A stretch of 64,000 nt of DNA from Camelus dromedarius. Its lineage: Eukaryota. Location: the NCBI RefSeq assembly GCF_036321535.1, contig NC_087437.1, positions 33,110,001 to 33,174,000 of the forward strand, written 5' to 3'. Under the pieces are notes generated by a model. The model saw only the letters and a program-made list of their open reading frames with translations. It ran no database searches and had not been told where the DNA came from. The translations under genes were made by a program, and so were the position numbers. Positions 25,297-39,105 of this stretch are shown here, piece by piece (position 1 is the stretch's first letter; each line of letters starts with the position of its first letter).

Positions 25297-28200
25297 CTAG
25301 AGGAAGGAAAAAACAATAATTAGTGCAATAGCTAGAGTAAGCTGACTTTAGCTCAGAATTTGGAAGGCTCCCCTTATATAAATCCTTGCTTTGGCTAGGT
25401 GCCTTGAACCTCCTGCTACCTGTTTAAGTCTAAGCCTCATCTCCTGTGGTGGTTGGTATTCTGTGTTACGACATGGAAGTCATGGATTCTTCTTGTTTTG
25501 TCACTGAGGCATGTGAAAACCTAGTAATGTCTTTTTTTTTTTTTTAATGGGTTTTGATAGAGGCTAAGGTCTATTGAGTACAGGCAGAATTTGACAACCT
25601 TAGGAGTCTAGTTACTGTGTATGCACCTCAAGCCAATAGGTTAGCCCTGATATGCCAGGCAGTAAGAAAAGGGATAGGGCAGCCAGGATTTCTAGGCCAC
25701 CATGGGCCAGATTGTGCTAGGCACTTAGTAAATACTCTGGAAGACAGGAGAATTCCCTGAGAACATGTATAATGAGCCTGGTTTTACAGGGAGGGTACTT
25801 GAGGTTATAGCTAGTAAGTGACATCAGGATTCAAACCCAGACCTACTGTCTCCATCATCCACATTCTTCATGCTTTACCATACCACTTCTAAAACCAGCA
25901 CTTTGGATATTTACAGGTAGCTAGGCAGTCTTCCTCTTACCTTCTTTATTCACTTGATTTTTATAAACTTTACTAGTGACTATACCAATTTCCTATTTTC
26001 TTTGACACTAACTTTTTTTGGAGGGGGGGAGGTTGAGGGCAAGGGTGCTTATCCCTTTGCTAGTAAAAATGGAATAGAATTTTAAAATAGATCTACAAGG
26101 CTTTCACTGAGACTACTTAAGAATATGAAAAAACAAAAACGACTTAACTTGATACTGAGTTTTATCTTCCCTTTGCTTACAGTGATGGAGATTTTTTCAA
26201 GCCATGAAATTTCCAGCAGTTGGGGAGGGTGCTGGAGGGAGGAGGACAGGAGAGGGCCTGGCTCCATCAGAAATTGACTGCTCTTCTATGATACTTTGCT
26301 TCATTGGGTGGGTTTCCCTTTTGTCTAACAGTGTACCTATGAACGATGAAAGCAAATATCCAAAATACAGGCTGCAAAGATAGAACTCATGAGAAAATTC
26401 AGTGTCTTATGTCTTCAGTTCCTGAAGGCTCCAGTGATCAGTTGGGCATTGCCGGGTTTGGGGGTGAATTTAGCCTTGTTTGACCCTCCTTTGGTGACGA
26501 TCTTGACCTTTGACACAGCTGGCTGCTATGTTGTACTATTTCTGTCTCAGACTTTCGTGCTGCCTGCATTGTTCCTCAAGGCTTGACTGTTTATCATGTA
26601 TTTCTACAATTTAAAAATTGGTCTTAGTGTTTTTTCAGGACAATGCCTCCTTCTGTTTTTGAAATAGCATTTCTGAAGGAAATCATGGGAATCTTCAGAT
26701 TTTAGGCAGAAAGGAAGCAAGGCTTGAAACAAATGATGGCATTCAAATTCCATCTGACAAACTGTTCTGCCAAATACAAAATGTTACCTATTTTTAAATA
26801 ATCCAAACAAAATTTGGGATTATTATAATGCTTAGACACCCTGTACCATTTAATTAAGACCTTCCTGAATAAAGTTATTGAAACACACCTTACATTTCTG
26901 TTTTTCTAGGTTCTTCCTCCTCCAGGAGGAAGCACCCTCAAACAAAACCAAAAGCAGGGCTTACTGAAGATCTGCGGCCTGGACACTGCATACCTGGCTG
27001 GCAAAGGATCCAGGCTGCACTGTCTGCACCAAGTGAGGCTCTGCCAGGAAGCCACCATTCTTTATATTACCCAGAAATAACCTCCTTGGCTTATGTATTC
27101 AGACAATGACCAATGTCAAATCCTTAGAGTCCAAATTGATGATGACTTACTGTCCCATTTTCTGGTAACTCAGCACTTTAATGTTCCTAGAGACAGACTG
27201 AAGTGTTTTGTTTCCTTATACTTACTCATAACCCACAGCATCCCCGTTTCTCCCCGCACCACCCCCCCGACCCACCCCCACCCCCGACCCAAAAGAATGA
27301 TCCCTAAGAGAACCATGTGGTTTTATACATTTTTTTTCCTCTAGCCAACAAGTATCTCCCCTGCCCTTCGCTTAGTCCTCATGCTTTGGGAATGACATGT
27401 TCTTCAGTTCTAAGGCAATAATGCCAGTAAGACAGGTCTTATGTTTGTGTTTCAGTCTGTCTTAGCCTGCTCTTTTCCCAGGCTGTGTTCTTTTGGGGCT
27501 ATGAGGTTATGAGGCTGCACTTCCTTACATAATTGAATTAAAGGTAAGTTTAATTCAGAGTATAGAGATAGCAATTCCCACCCAGAAAGCTTTTGGAAAA
27601 ACTATAATCCCTATAGTTTCCTGAACTGTCTTGGGCCATGGAGCACCTCTGGTCACTTCCTGCTTCTGTGTCTTGGCTTTGTCAGCCCTGCTGTCCTACT
27701 TCCAGTCTCTAGGACAGACCTAGACTTTCCGATCTTAGTGGTTTTTAAAAAACTGTTGCTTGTTGCTTCTTTTTCTGAAAGATCGTAAGAAACTTTCATG
27801 GCCACCAAGTAGCAGAATTTGATAATCTACTTGGATGGTGCATGCTTTCAAGGGAGCCCTCAGATGAAATGCGTATCGACCTTGAAACCAGCTTTCCCAG
27901 TTGCTTCAGTATTTAGATTTATGTTTGTTTCAAGGGCTTCAGTAAGTTTGTTAATCCTCATTTCCTAGTCCTAATTTGTCTGGGGTGACCCAGCAAGTCA
28001 GGTGCATATTCAATTATTATTTACGTAAAATCCAAATCCCTCAGGGTAAAAAAAAAAATCAAAAACTCCTACTCAGTGACCATTCTCTTCCTTCCTCTTC
28101 TGTTTTCTGAGCTGTACAATCACATTTGTCTCCACTTTCCTACCTGCAGGTTGGTTGAGGGCTATTAATGGACAGGTGATGGACATCAAAGGCCGGCTAG

Positions 28201-28929
28201 AATGAGCAAACCAGGGCTGCCGTTTTTGAGCCACAGTACATCTGGGTCATTACTCTGGTGATGTGTCATATACAAGTGCAGAAGAATGGAAAACACGGAC
28301 ATTAAGAGATCCTAACTTTTTCTCTTTTGTCTCTGTTGCTTTATTCCTAAGGAGTTTTCTTCTGACATTCATTAATCTTGACACCTTTTTCTACATCAAA
28401 CAAAAAAATTCCCCTTAACTTCCCAGTTAAGGTAGAAGCCTTTTGTTGAGGATATGACTGTCTTGACAGATGAGAGAAACTTTTATCTAACAAAAGAATT
28501 AGTGCTATATCCTGACTCTTGATATATCAATTAAATGGTCACTTCTATTAAAAAGCACTCTATAAGGGGAAATAAATGTGTTCATTTAGATAAGTAAGGA
28601 AAAATTTCAAACAGTTGTCTCTTTTACAAGTGGTCTTTGGAAGGCACACCAAGCTGTTCCTGGCAATAATGCTGACTGGATGGTAGACACATCCTAGTAC
28701 TCAGAAGATACTCACTGATGCTCTAGCTGTCTATCCATGGTGAGCCCACTGCTTCACCCATCCATGTAGAAAATGACTTTAAGAAATTTGTGCTTATGGT
28801 TGGCTCAGCCCGCCTCTCTGAGTAGTTGATTCTGCTTACTCTGGAAGTGCCCGCCCCCTACATCACACTTGCCTGACAGAAACCCCAACTCAGCCTCCTC
28901 GACTTCCACACCTGCACAGCTGAGTGACT

Positions 28930-30702
28930 GGACCTCTAAATTCGTGACCATAGACCTTCAGGGGCCTGCAGTACTGCGTCAAGTCCACACCTTTCTCCAC
29001 AATCCATTCTCATCCACATACCTTCTGTCTCATCCTTGCTCTCAGCTGGAGACTGCCTCACTTTCACTGAGAAGACAAACATTCAGAACTTCCACAAGCT
29101 ACCACCTGCCCTTCACCAGCATCTATGCCACACTCATCTCCTTCCTCCAGGGGGCTCTCCGTGCTCCCACCCAAGGTCACCTCCCAGATGGGCCTTTTCT
29201 TCCTATCTACTCAAAGGTATTAACTCCAACAAGCCTGCCTTCTCTTTCCTACAAGTCCTGCTTGGCTCCTCTCTACTGGATTTTCCTTATCTACATATAA
29301 ATATGCTATTAAATCTTCCAACCTAAAGATACAACAAAAGCCCTCCTTCCACCCTGTGCTTCCCCATCCTCTAGCTACAGCCCTTCCCTTTCTTTATAAC
29401 AAAATTCCCTGAAAGAGTGTCTACTTCCTCTCCTCCTGTTCTCTCCCGAACTAACTCCAGTCAGGGTTTTGCCCACACTGTGCCAGTGAGATAGCTCTAG
29501 ATAAGCTCTCCATCAACTTCCAACTGCCTGAAACCAAATGGTCAATTCTCAGTCCTCATCCTACCTGACTTTCCAGCAGCATTTGATACAGTTGTTCAGT
29601 CCTCAGTCTTGAAACACTTTTTCTCAGATCTCCAACCTCAAATTCGAAGTGTTCCAGAACTCAATCCTGACCTAACTTTTCTCTGTCTATGCTCATTCTC
29701 TGTGATCTCATCCACTTCTGTGGCTATTAAAAAAACCATCCATGTGGGAATACTGCAGCCCAAACCTATCCCCTGAACTTCAGCCTCTTTTATCCAGATG
29801 ACTTTACAGATTCTCTACCTGGTTATAGAATTTAGAATACCCCAAATCAAGCTAATTTCCACCCAAATCTGTTGTTCTGTAGTCTTCCTCAATCAGTAAA
29901 TGAAAACTGTCCATCCAGTTACTCAGGCCAAAATCCTAAGACTCATCATTGACTTGTCTCATTCTCTGATATCTCCATATCCAACTCATCAATAAATACT
30001 GTTGGCCTACCTTCAAAATATATCCACAATCCAGCCACTTCTCACCACCTCCACTGCTGCCACCCTGGTCCGAGTTACCACTGGGCCTTGCCTAGATTAT
30101 TGGAATACTTTACTGGTCCCCTGGCTTCCACACTTGCTATCTTGGCCTGTTCTCAACACAGCAGCCAGAATGACCCTATAGTAAGTTAGACCGTGTCACT
30201 CCTCTGCTAAAAACCCTCTAATGAGTAAAAGACAAGGTCCTTCTAATGGCCTCCAAGGCTTAACACAACCTGAGCACCCCACACACTCGCCTTGCTCACT
30301 CTGCTCCAGCCACACTAGCCTCACTGCTGTTTCCCCAACCCCTCAGCCACGCTGCTGGTCAGTTCCCTCTGCCTGAAACGCCTTCCCTTATGGAAGGTTG
30401 GCTCACTCTCACTTCCCTAGGCCTCTGCTCCAATGTCGCCTCTGCTCCAATTAAAGGGGCCCTTACTTTAGACCGTAAGGAGTAGTCCTGTCATACTCTG
30501 CATTCCCTTTTCCCTACTTAATTTTTCTCCTTAGCACTTACACCGTTGGACATATATTTGCTTGTTTATTAGTTCACTGTCTTCCTTACCTTCTCTCACT
30601 GGAATTAGTCTCAATAAGGGTGCTGCATTGTTTTTTGTTCAATGCTGCATCCTTAGTCCCTAAAACATCTCCTGGCATTCAAATATTTATTCAGTGAATG
30701 AA
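28930..30702 (+). mobile_element. LINE-2 (L2a-like) 3' portion in RARRES1 intron 4
   Basis: Pyrimidine-rich L2 text ('ccagcagcatttgatacagttg', 'ccagccacttctcaccacctccactgctgccaccctggtc', 'ctctgctccagccacact') ending in 'aaatatttattcagtgaatgaa'. 5' boundary approximate. Confidence 0.8.
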
Positions 30703-30811
30703 ACACAATTAAAACTCTTGCCGTGAAACTATAAACCCATATGAATTTAGCCTAAGAACATCACATTGGTTGTATTTCTTAAGGTACAAGTTAATTTTCA
30801 GTTTTTCTTAC

Positions 30812-30948
30812 CCACTGCTTCACCCTGCTGAGCTGTGCCATGTAGTAGTGTAAAAACTGTGTTGTCTTTTCCCACATCACATAAGAGCTGCCCAGAAAGG
30901 CTAAATCCCAGATGGGTTTCAGAGAAGGATCAATATGTCCGTGATTAT
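30812..30948 (-). CDS. RARRES1: RARRES1 exon 4, 137 bp
   Basis: tcAG|ATAAT...TGG|GTaaga; (D)NHGHIDPSLKPIWDLAFLGSSYVMWEKTTQFLHYYMAQLSRVKQW. Confidence 0.96.
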
Positions 30949-33824
30949 CTGAAGGCACACAAAAAAGCACATTTGTGTTAAGACATTTTTAGGGCAAAAT
31001 TTCAGAAATTTCAGTAATAGAACTTGTACCTGTTTCTATGTTATATGGAGATTTACATGCTTCAACTTGCCCTAAGTAAAGCTGCTATAAAACAGTTTAA
31101 GGACTATCTGTTCTATATAAATGCAAAATAAGAGCTAGAATGATACTCAAAGTTAATCTAAAATCTTGTTAGTTGAGAAGTATTTTTTAATTCTACTGAA
31201 GCATCTATCAGTTATCTTCTCCACATTACCTTTCGGTTTCGGTCTACAGTCAGTGTACTGGTCTTTGCCAGTCCACATGTCTCTGTCCTCTGCTGATTGT
31301 TGGCATTAAAGTTAATCACTGTAGCGGCAGCATCTCTGCCACTTTTTTGACCACATGAAGAATCAATCAAGTGGGTTTTCCTGAGGCATTGTTTTTGGAA
31401 CTGCAGTCTTTTCAACTCAGCAAACATTTATTAAAAATGTACTTAATATCAGGTATGTAGGATACAATGACTAATAAATTACCTTTTGTGACTTCTAGGA
31501 ACTCAATTTTAGCAAGTAACTTATGAGACAACTGTTCATGGACCATCATTTATGTAATTTGGCAGAGATATTCTTAGTCTATATTAAAGCCCAACAATAG
31601 TATAGTATGTGAGTAATACTAACTAGCTTATTAGGAGATGAATCCTTTTTGGTAAAATATCTTGAGCATAAATGCTGCTGTATACTGGTAGAACCTGACC
31701 TGGCTGGTCTGTATGAATGGTAGTCAATTCAAAAGGCATTCACTGATTGCTTGGGTGCCATGAGGGACACAAAGAGGGGCCCCACTTTCTACTTGCTGAC
31801 AGTGGAGAAACACAGCTGACACCTTCCTTAAGAGAGGGAGGATCAGAGAGCTGAGGGGATAGAGAGAGGGGAGAGGTTTCTTTGGGCTGAAAGTTTGGGG
31901 AAAGCTTCATAGAGTTGAGATCTAAGCTGAGTCTTGAATTCCTGGCATGTGTATGGGAGCGAGAGTGACCAACTTCACCTTATGGTGCCACTGTGAGTTT
32001 AACTTGTGAGATGAAAAAGAATTACTGCAGAAGAAAAATTAGTTATACAAGATACCGTGAGTATGAGGACATCTGAAGGTAAAACTGCCAGTAGCCCTGC
32101 TGCAGTTGCTCAGGCGCCAGGACTTTACTTTCTCTGGTTATTCCCAGGTCCCCAGTCTTTTCCTTTGTATGTAGTATACTTGGGCTTATCTGTAGAAGTT
32201 TATGAATTCACTAGAAAAGGTGCAATTTTTACTCAGAATAAAAACCAGACAACTACTTTTTAGAGGAAAAACAGGGCGGAGCAAGGATATCCTAAAACAG
32301 ATCAGATCTCACTCAGTCAACTGTAGAGAAAGCTGTACTCAGGCCAGTACCCTGGGTTGAGCACATCCTGAATAGGATCTGCTGAGATTTGAAAGAGCTA
32401 TTCCAGCAGGTTTTGATCCACTTTATCTAAAAACCAAATCTTCTCAGCTTTAAGTAGATAATTTTATATACACAGGCTATAAATAGCACCGTTAAACGTT
32501 TCTGCTGAACTTAAAGTGACAAGAGTACTTGTAGATTTTGTTGATGAAAAGGTTCCCCGTATTAGTTTTCTGAAGCTTCACAGTAGCCACGTTAAGTTAC
32601 ACTGTTACAGAATGAACCTTGTGGGCATATAGGATTTATTAACTGAACATGATCCAGTTAACCTACACTATTAAAAAGTCTCCAAAATATAGTGATCCTG
32701 GAAAAGGTTCAATACAATTTCAAAAATTTATGTTTTAAGAAGAATATATAAAACTCTATTTCCCCAATTAATGCTAAGGAAGGGAACAATCCCGAAATAA
32801 CTGTAGATTTTAAGTATCAGTCATTGGCCCATTTATTTCAGGCAGTACTGAATGTAAGCAAATTCTACTACAATGTAAGATTTTGAATTGTTCCCATAAT
32901 TCTTTGGACAGGATTTAATCCAAGTTGTCAGAGAACTATAATGAGAATGAGCCAAGCTTCTGAATTTTTGAAACACTAGGAGCGTTTTTCAGCTGCAAGT
33001 GTTTTTCAGAGCACTTAGTCTGAGTAAATGGATGGGACACAGATACGCTCAGGAGTGGAGACCACAGGTCCTCCCAGGCTGACTTGGGTCTGTTACGGTC
33101 TCCGGCAAATGAGTGACCTGAGAGAGAGAGAGGGACGGGGAGCACTGTCATGGTCAGATGTCAAGCATAATGCCCAAGTGCGCAAGTCCAGAGATGACTT
33201 CTGTGGTTTTGCCAGTAAGTCCAAGTCCCAGATGCTGCCCACACACCCCGCCAAGGGCCAGAACAGACTGCGTCACTTCAGCTGAGTCACGCCACAGGCA
33301 GGGCTCGTTTCTTCTGAGAGACGGCACCGCTGCCCATCAGCTCGGGACCAAAAATGAGATCAACTGACTCCACAGCAAGTTCCCGAGACAGTCGACTCGG
33401 CCTGCCCTGGTGCGGGAAAGGCCGTGATGGCATCTTGTCACCTGAAGTTCCCAAAGCCACCGCCAGAAACCTCTTAAGGCATCTCCTCAGCTTCTGGACC
33501 CAGCCCTGAAAACTGCACCCCCACGTGTGGGTCCTACTGCAAAGACCTCTACCCCTTCCTTGGAATTCCATTCTTGCCCTGCGCCTCATCTGGGATGGAA
33601 GTGGTGGGGGGGGTTAAATGTGCATTTTGGAGGAGTCACTATGATGCACTGGAGGTGAAGACTAGGAAGAGGATACTTCTGAGTTTTGTTTAAATAATGA
33701 GGTACCATATTCTGTAGCTGAATTAAAGCGCCATTTGGAGGATACAATTTTAAATGATCATTCTTTTTAAGATTTAGTAATAACATGCATTCCTGAGTAT
33801 AGGAATTCCAGATACTGTTCATAC

Positions 33825-34008
33825 CAGGTATGCTGACTACATCCACGGGGTTTTGAAGTTGCTTCATGCGCTTGTAGAGCTGGTAATCCTTTTCGTGTCT
33901 TTTCTTCTTCTCAATGAGTTGAGCACAAGTCACATTAACAGCCGGTCTGGGTTTCTCATTCCTGAAAAACACTCGAGCAGAACATTTCCCCAGACGTTTG
34001 TTACCTTC
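33825..34008 (-). CDS. RARRES1: RARRES1 exon 3, 184 bp
   Basis: ttttcAG|GAAGGT...CCTG|GTatga; EGNKRLGKCSARVFFRNEKPRPAVNVTCAQLIEKKKRHEKDYQLYKRMKQLQNPVDVVSIP. Confidence 0.94.
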
Positions 34009-36320
34009 CTGAAAAAAAGATTTTGGAATTAAATGGAATGGTTCCTTCTCACTCCCCGTGGCCCCAATACACAAACACACACAACTGGGGAGTTCCTTGT
34101 ACACGGCAGGTGTGCGCTGGCAGCAATACGTGGTGGTCTGCTCTGTAGATAGTGATTTCTGCGCTCACAGCAGAACACAACAGTCTTCACTCTGCTGTCG
34201 TTTAAACTCCGGCTTTCTGACGGTGCCCTTATGAAAGGGTGCTGGGCCTTTTCCCAAGAACCATCACTGGCGTCTGTGAGTACTGCTAGGACGGGTACTT
34301 CCCTCTACTGTGGACCAACATAGTGCTTAGTTGGACCTCCAGCTTGCTAACCTGAACCAAAAGGAAGCTGGTTCCCACAAACACAAACAGTACCTTTCAG
34401 CTGCCTGACGCACTCAGTCCGCTTATTCCAGTTTTACAGATTAAGACTGAGGTTTACAGGGAAAACTCCTCCATGTCTCACAGCCATTAAGTGGCCAGAA
34501 TTGAGCTGTGTCTGTGATGCCAGGGCCCTGTGAGAGCTCCACCTCTGCACTGAGACCTCATGTGGAAGAAGCAGAGGCACAGATCACCCAGGTGGACAAA
34601 TTCAACCACCCGAGTGACCAAGAGAGGTATGTCTGCACTCAAATGTGCAGTGTTCTGGGAACACCCCAACTCATTTTCCAATCCAGAGACATGTGGAGCT
34701 GGGTAGCTGGATGCTTTAAGTAGACATCAAGTCCATGACTCATTTCTGGGACAGTGCTTCTCCACTGTTTTAGGTCACAGATTCCTTAACTCAACAATAA
34801 AAGCCAGGGAACTGCTTCCCAGAAAAATGCATGTCTGCTCATACCATCCACTGGGCCTAGAATTTGAGGAAGTTCGTGGATGGACCCACTCAAACCCATC
34901 CATGGGCCCCTAAGTAAGAACTCCTGTTACTACGTGGTTAGGTGAGCAGCTGAGTTCTTTTCACTTTTACAATCGTTGAAACTGGGTAGAGTCCCAGTTA
35001 GAGCAACAACCAAAAAGAAAAAGCCCACAAAGAAACAAACTAATCAAAACTGGATCTGCTTAATAAGCCCCTCCTAGAACTGATACAGAAAACTGAAATA
35101 GGCTTTCCAATGGGCAGCTTTTCCTCTGGTGAGTGCTGGTTTAAATGGGAGGGAATTTCAGTGGTGCATTAGCATCCTAATTATCTGTGCAGCCGAAGGG
35201 GCATTCCGGAAGAGGCTTATCAAAGGCAGAAGCCAGGCTGGTACGTGGAATCCTTTGATGTCACAGCCACTTCCAGGGAAGAGGAGAGGAACCAGGTATT
35301 GCCCCCTTTTGTTTTTCTTTCTGTGCCCCTGTCCCCAGACAGCTCCACAGAATCAAAGCAGTTGCCTGAAGATGAAAGAACTCTCCTGCCTCCTACCCTG
35401 AAGTGGAACATTTCAGTTAGCTAACCATGCTCTTCAGAGAAACAGGGCTGGTCCAAATAATCTAGTCATTGTTTTCCCTTAAGCTTCAATCTAACACTTC
35501 TGTTTGCAACACAGAAACCAAAGGCACCCTCCTTAAGCTTTAAGAAAATGTTAATTCTCAGGTTAATTAGCGAAGTCAGAGTGTTGCTGTCTTGTTAGAA
35601 CCTGTTTCTGACTACCAGTAGGCTTTCTTCCAGAAGCATCGGATGAAGGGGTCATGCCTTCACCGAAGCTCTGCCTCCCTGAAACACCTTAATGCCGGAC
35701 CCGCCTGCCCGTCCCTCTGCTCTGACTCAGCGCCGCACAAAGGGGTTTGGGCTGGTCTCCACCCAGGTTCCAGCTGCTGCCTCCCAGCTTGGCCGGGCAC
35801 CTCCAAGTTCATCTGGCTCTGATTTCTGAGTCTTCTGTTTACTCTCTTCTTGAGAACAGGGAAAGGACACTTGGCAAACCATGGCCTGCCGAGTCAGAAC
35901 TGTAGAGGCTGGAGATGCTGTGGCGGGTCTGCTGTGCTACAGGATGCCTCTGTGCATGGAAGCTCCTAGAACTGGCCTCACGCTATGCCTGCTGAGAAAT
36001 GTCACCAGCTGACAGGGAAAGAGCAGGCTGGCATTTGAGAGATGCTGAGATGCGAGGGAGGGGCACGGGTGCCAAAGGGAGTGTGAAACCCTCTCCCAGC
36101 GGCAAAGGAAGGAGGGGATGGTGGACTGTCTTGAACACAGCCTGCATAAGGCCATGGTGCTGTCCTGCCTACTCTGCTCTTCAGTTCTTGAGAACAAATA
36201 GGAAACAGAGCAGGAAAAAAACAAAAGCAAACCTTCATGTCTCTATATATTAAGATTCTCACTTTAAAAAAAATTAACAGGAGTTGTTAACAGGACACTT
36301 CACTAATCTTGGCAGCCTAC

Positions 36321-36383
36321 CTCCGGGTTGTAGAGCTCTGTGGTGAACACGAGGTCAACTTTACGTTCCTTCTTTTGATTAAT
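36321..36383 (-). CDS. RARRES1: RARRES1 exon 2, 63 bp
   Basis: tttcAG|ATT...GAG|GTaggc; INQKKERKVDLVFTTELYNPE. Confidence 0.94.
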
Positions 36384-38939
36384 CTGAAACACAGAAACAG
36401 AAGTTAGCCTCATGGAAGCTCTGTTAACACCATCATATCCAAGAACAACTCTCTCAGGATAACATGACATGCAAACGGCAGCTGTCACACTTATACCTGA
36501 AGAAAATCTGGGGTTTTTTACAAGGAGAAAAGATCTCAAATTTTGGTCTGATCATGCCACTCTGCTCGCTGGTCTGACACCTACTCACAAAGAGGGAGGA
36601 CGAGAGAGGGACCGGTAGTGCCGAGGCTGGGAGCAGCTAGGCGAGAAGCAGGCCTGAGCACGCAGGGCTGGGGAGCGAGCCCCGTCCCTCCGTCCCGTCC
36701 CTCCGTCCCCGCCGGTCAGTGCCCTCACCCTGAGCTGGGCCCTGGGCCACATAAGCTCCCCCTCCTGCTTCTCCCGGCTGAACAGGGGATCCAGCGACAA
36801 AGGGGTAACCAGAAATAAGTCCTGGGTTTTCAGGAGGTGATGAGTGAAGAAAAAGAAGTGGGGCAGAATGGCTACTTTTCTGAAGGGGGTCAAGGAGGGC
36901 ATCTGGGAGGAGGAGACCTCAGCTGAGATGGCAGGGACAATATGGAAGCAGCCACACCCAGACCGGAGTGGGCAGAGGGGACCCACCGTGAGGCCTTCGG
37001 TGGGCTCAGCAAAGGGCCTGTGTCTGGGGGCAGGCTGGGTCAGCAATACGGAGGAAGTCCTCAGATGCTATGGTCTCCTATTTCCTTGCAGCTTTCATAA
37101 GCCAGCGTTCCTCTAACGTTTGGAAAGGCATGTTTAGTATTTCTAAACCTCTTAGTTGATTGATTCCAACACATAGTTTTAGAGTATTCATATCCATGTC
37201 ATTGAAGCACATTAGATCGTTTAGAAGAATGCTATATTATTGGCCATCATTTTTTTTTTTTAAGAGCACAATTTCATTCAATAAAAGGAGTGTTTTCTAC
37301 AGAAGAAAAGGAACTTTCTGCTGCATGGAGCTGAAGTTATTTCACATAGTATTGATTAAGTTAGATTGTGGGAACATCAATTTCCCTTGAATACTACTTA
37401 GCCCAGGAACACAACCACCAAACAGGATTATCTTATTTTAAATAGACCAGATAGCATACATTACTGTTAGTTTTTTGTTTTTTTTTTTTAAATTCTGGGA
37501 AACGAGGATGGAGGGCAAGGATTCTGTGTCAAGTATTTATGTAAAAAACATTTCAACACATGAATGGAAATACTGCTGGGGGTCGGGGGCACCCAGAGCA
37601 CACACATGAGAGCAGTTTGCTTAGTGCTGATTTTCAATCTTACAGCAAGTTCTGGTGTAAGCTGAAACACTGATTTCAACTACAAAGTCATACAGATTAC
37701 AACATCCACACACACAAGTCTGTCTTCTCAGTCAGTCACTGTTTACCACCTACTGTGCCAGGCACCGGGGAGATACAAGGAAGCAGGACATCCAGGCCAG
37801 CCTTACCAGCAGCCGGCTTCCAGCGTGGGAACAGGCACACCGGCTGCTACACAGTGTGGCTCCTTTATGTGGCTGGAGCTGACACATGTGGGGCGCTCAG
37901 CTTAGAAAGGCTCCCTAGAGCCAGGGGGGCCGGGCCACGGTGTGGGAATGGAAGGCAGAGGCTGCTGTTCCTGGGCAGGCAGTGAAACTAGAAAAAAGGC
38001 TGTCTGGAGAGGCTGGCACAAAGTCACAAAAAGCCTTTTTTTTTTTTTTTTTTTTTGTGAAGAGAACTTGGAACTTGATTCCAAAGTCTGTGGGAGCCCC
38101 AGTAAAGTAAACATAACGAAGTACTTAGGGTGTTGTAGAGAGTAAGACACAGCACGAAAAGGGCTTGGACGGTGCCTGGGCCAGGGTATAAGTACTCACA
38201 GATGTCAGTGATATTTATGGTCACTATTTTTATCATTAAAACCTATCCACATGAGGGAGATAAAGAACTGAGCTGGAAAGCAGGGTCTGGTCCATGGTGG
38301 AGGCTAGGGAAGGCTGAGAACACGGACTCTGTCTAGCTTCTTTTACTTTGGTTTCCTCCTGCTGGAAGCTCACAGTGAGCCGTCAGAAGGTGTAAGTTGG
38401 ACCTCCATGAAAGCGGCTGCACAAGGGGCCCCGTGGCCTCTGTCTCCACGTCTCCTGAAGCTCGGCGTCCTCCCTGCCCCACCTGAGTCAGAGGAACACA
38501 CGGGTCACTCACGCCAGCCACGGGCACCCCCCACCTGCTGATACTCACAGAAGGCAGCCATTCTAAGGCTTGAGTCGCTTGCTGCGCCAGCCCTGGGGCC
38601 CCCTCGAATGCCGCATGCAGGATCTAGGAGCCTGCCCTTCACGTCCCGAGGGGCCCAAGCGCAGCCTCCTACACAGGAGCCGGGTGCCCCTCAGGCTGCC
38701 AGTTAGGGGTGAGTGGGGTGGGTGGTGAGGCCCTCAAGAGAAGAAGAGGGGGATGCCGAGGTGGCGAGTACCGTCTTTGTGCTCAGGGACACAGAAGAGG
38801 GCCAGGAGGCAGCTAAATGTCATAGATGATGCAGCAGAGGTGATGGCTGAAGCCATGGAATTTGCTGCAATCCCCCGGGGAAGGTGCGTACACTGAAAGA
38901 ACCTGACGACCACCAACCTTCCCATCGGTATTACACTGG

Positions 38940-39105
38940 GGCGTGCTTATTTGCTGTCCACAAGGATGTACAAAAATCTGCCTTATTCTTCATATAATTG
39001 TGCATATTTTAAATAAGTACTTGGCGTGCTTATTGGCTGTCCACAAGGATGTACAAAAATCTGCCTTATTCTTCATATAATTGTGCATATTTTAAATAAG
39101 TACTT
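38940..39105. repeat. Tandem duplication, 2 x 83 bp, one mismatch
   Basis: ggcgtgcttat[t/t]{t/g}gctgtccacaaggatg...aaataagtactt at 38940-39022 and 39023-39105 (ttatttgc vs ttattggc). Confidence 0.95.

Noticed and set aside
27135..27205. Possible C/D box snoRNA (ATGATGA ... CTGA)
   Set aside because: No terminal stem, no recognisable rRNA guide, and it is antisense to the host intron.
28869..29326. 143 aa and 96 aa ORFs
   Set aside because: They lie in decayed, pyrimidine-rich L2 sequence with no coherent domain.
33586..34104. 172 aa ORF as a standalone gene
   Set aside because: It is RARRES1 exon 3 plus in-frame intronic flanks.
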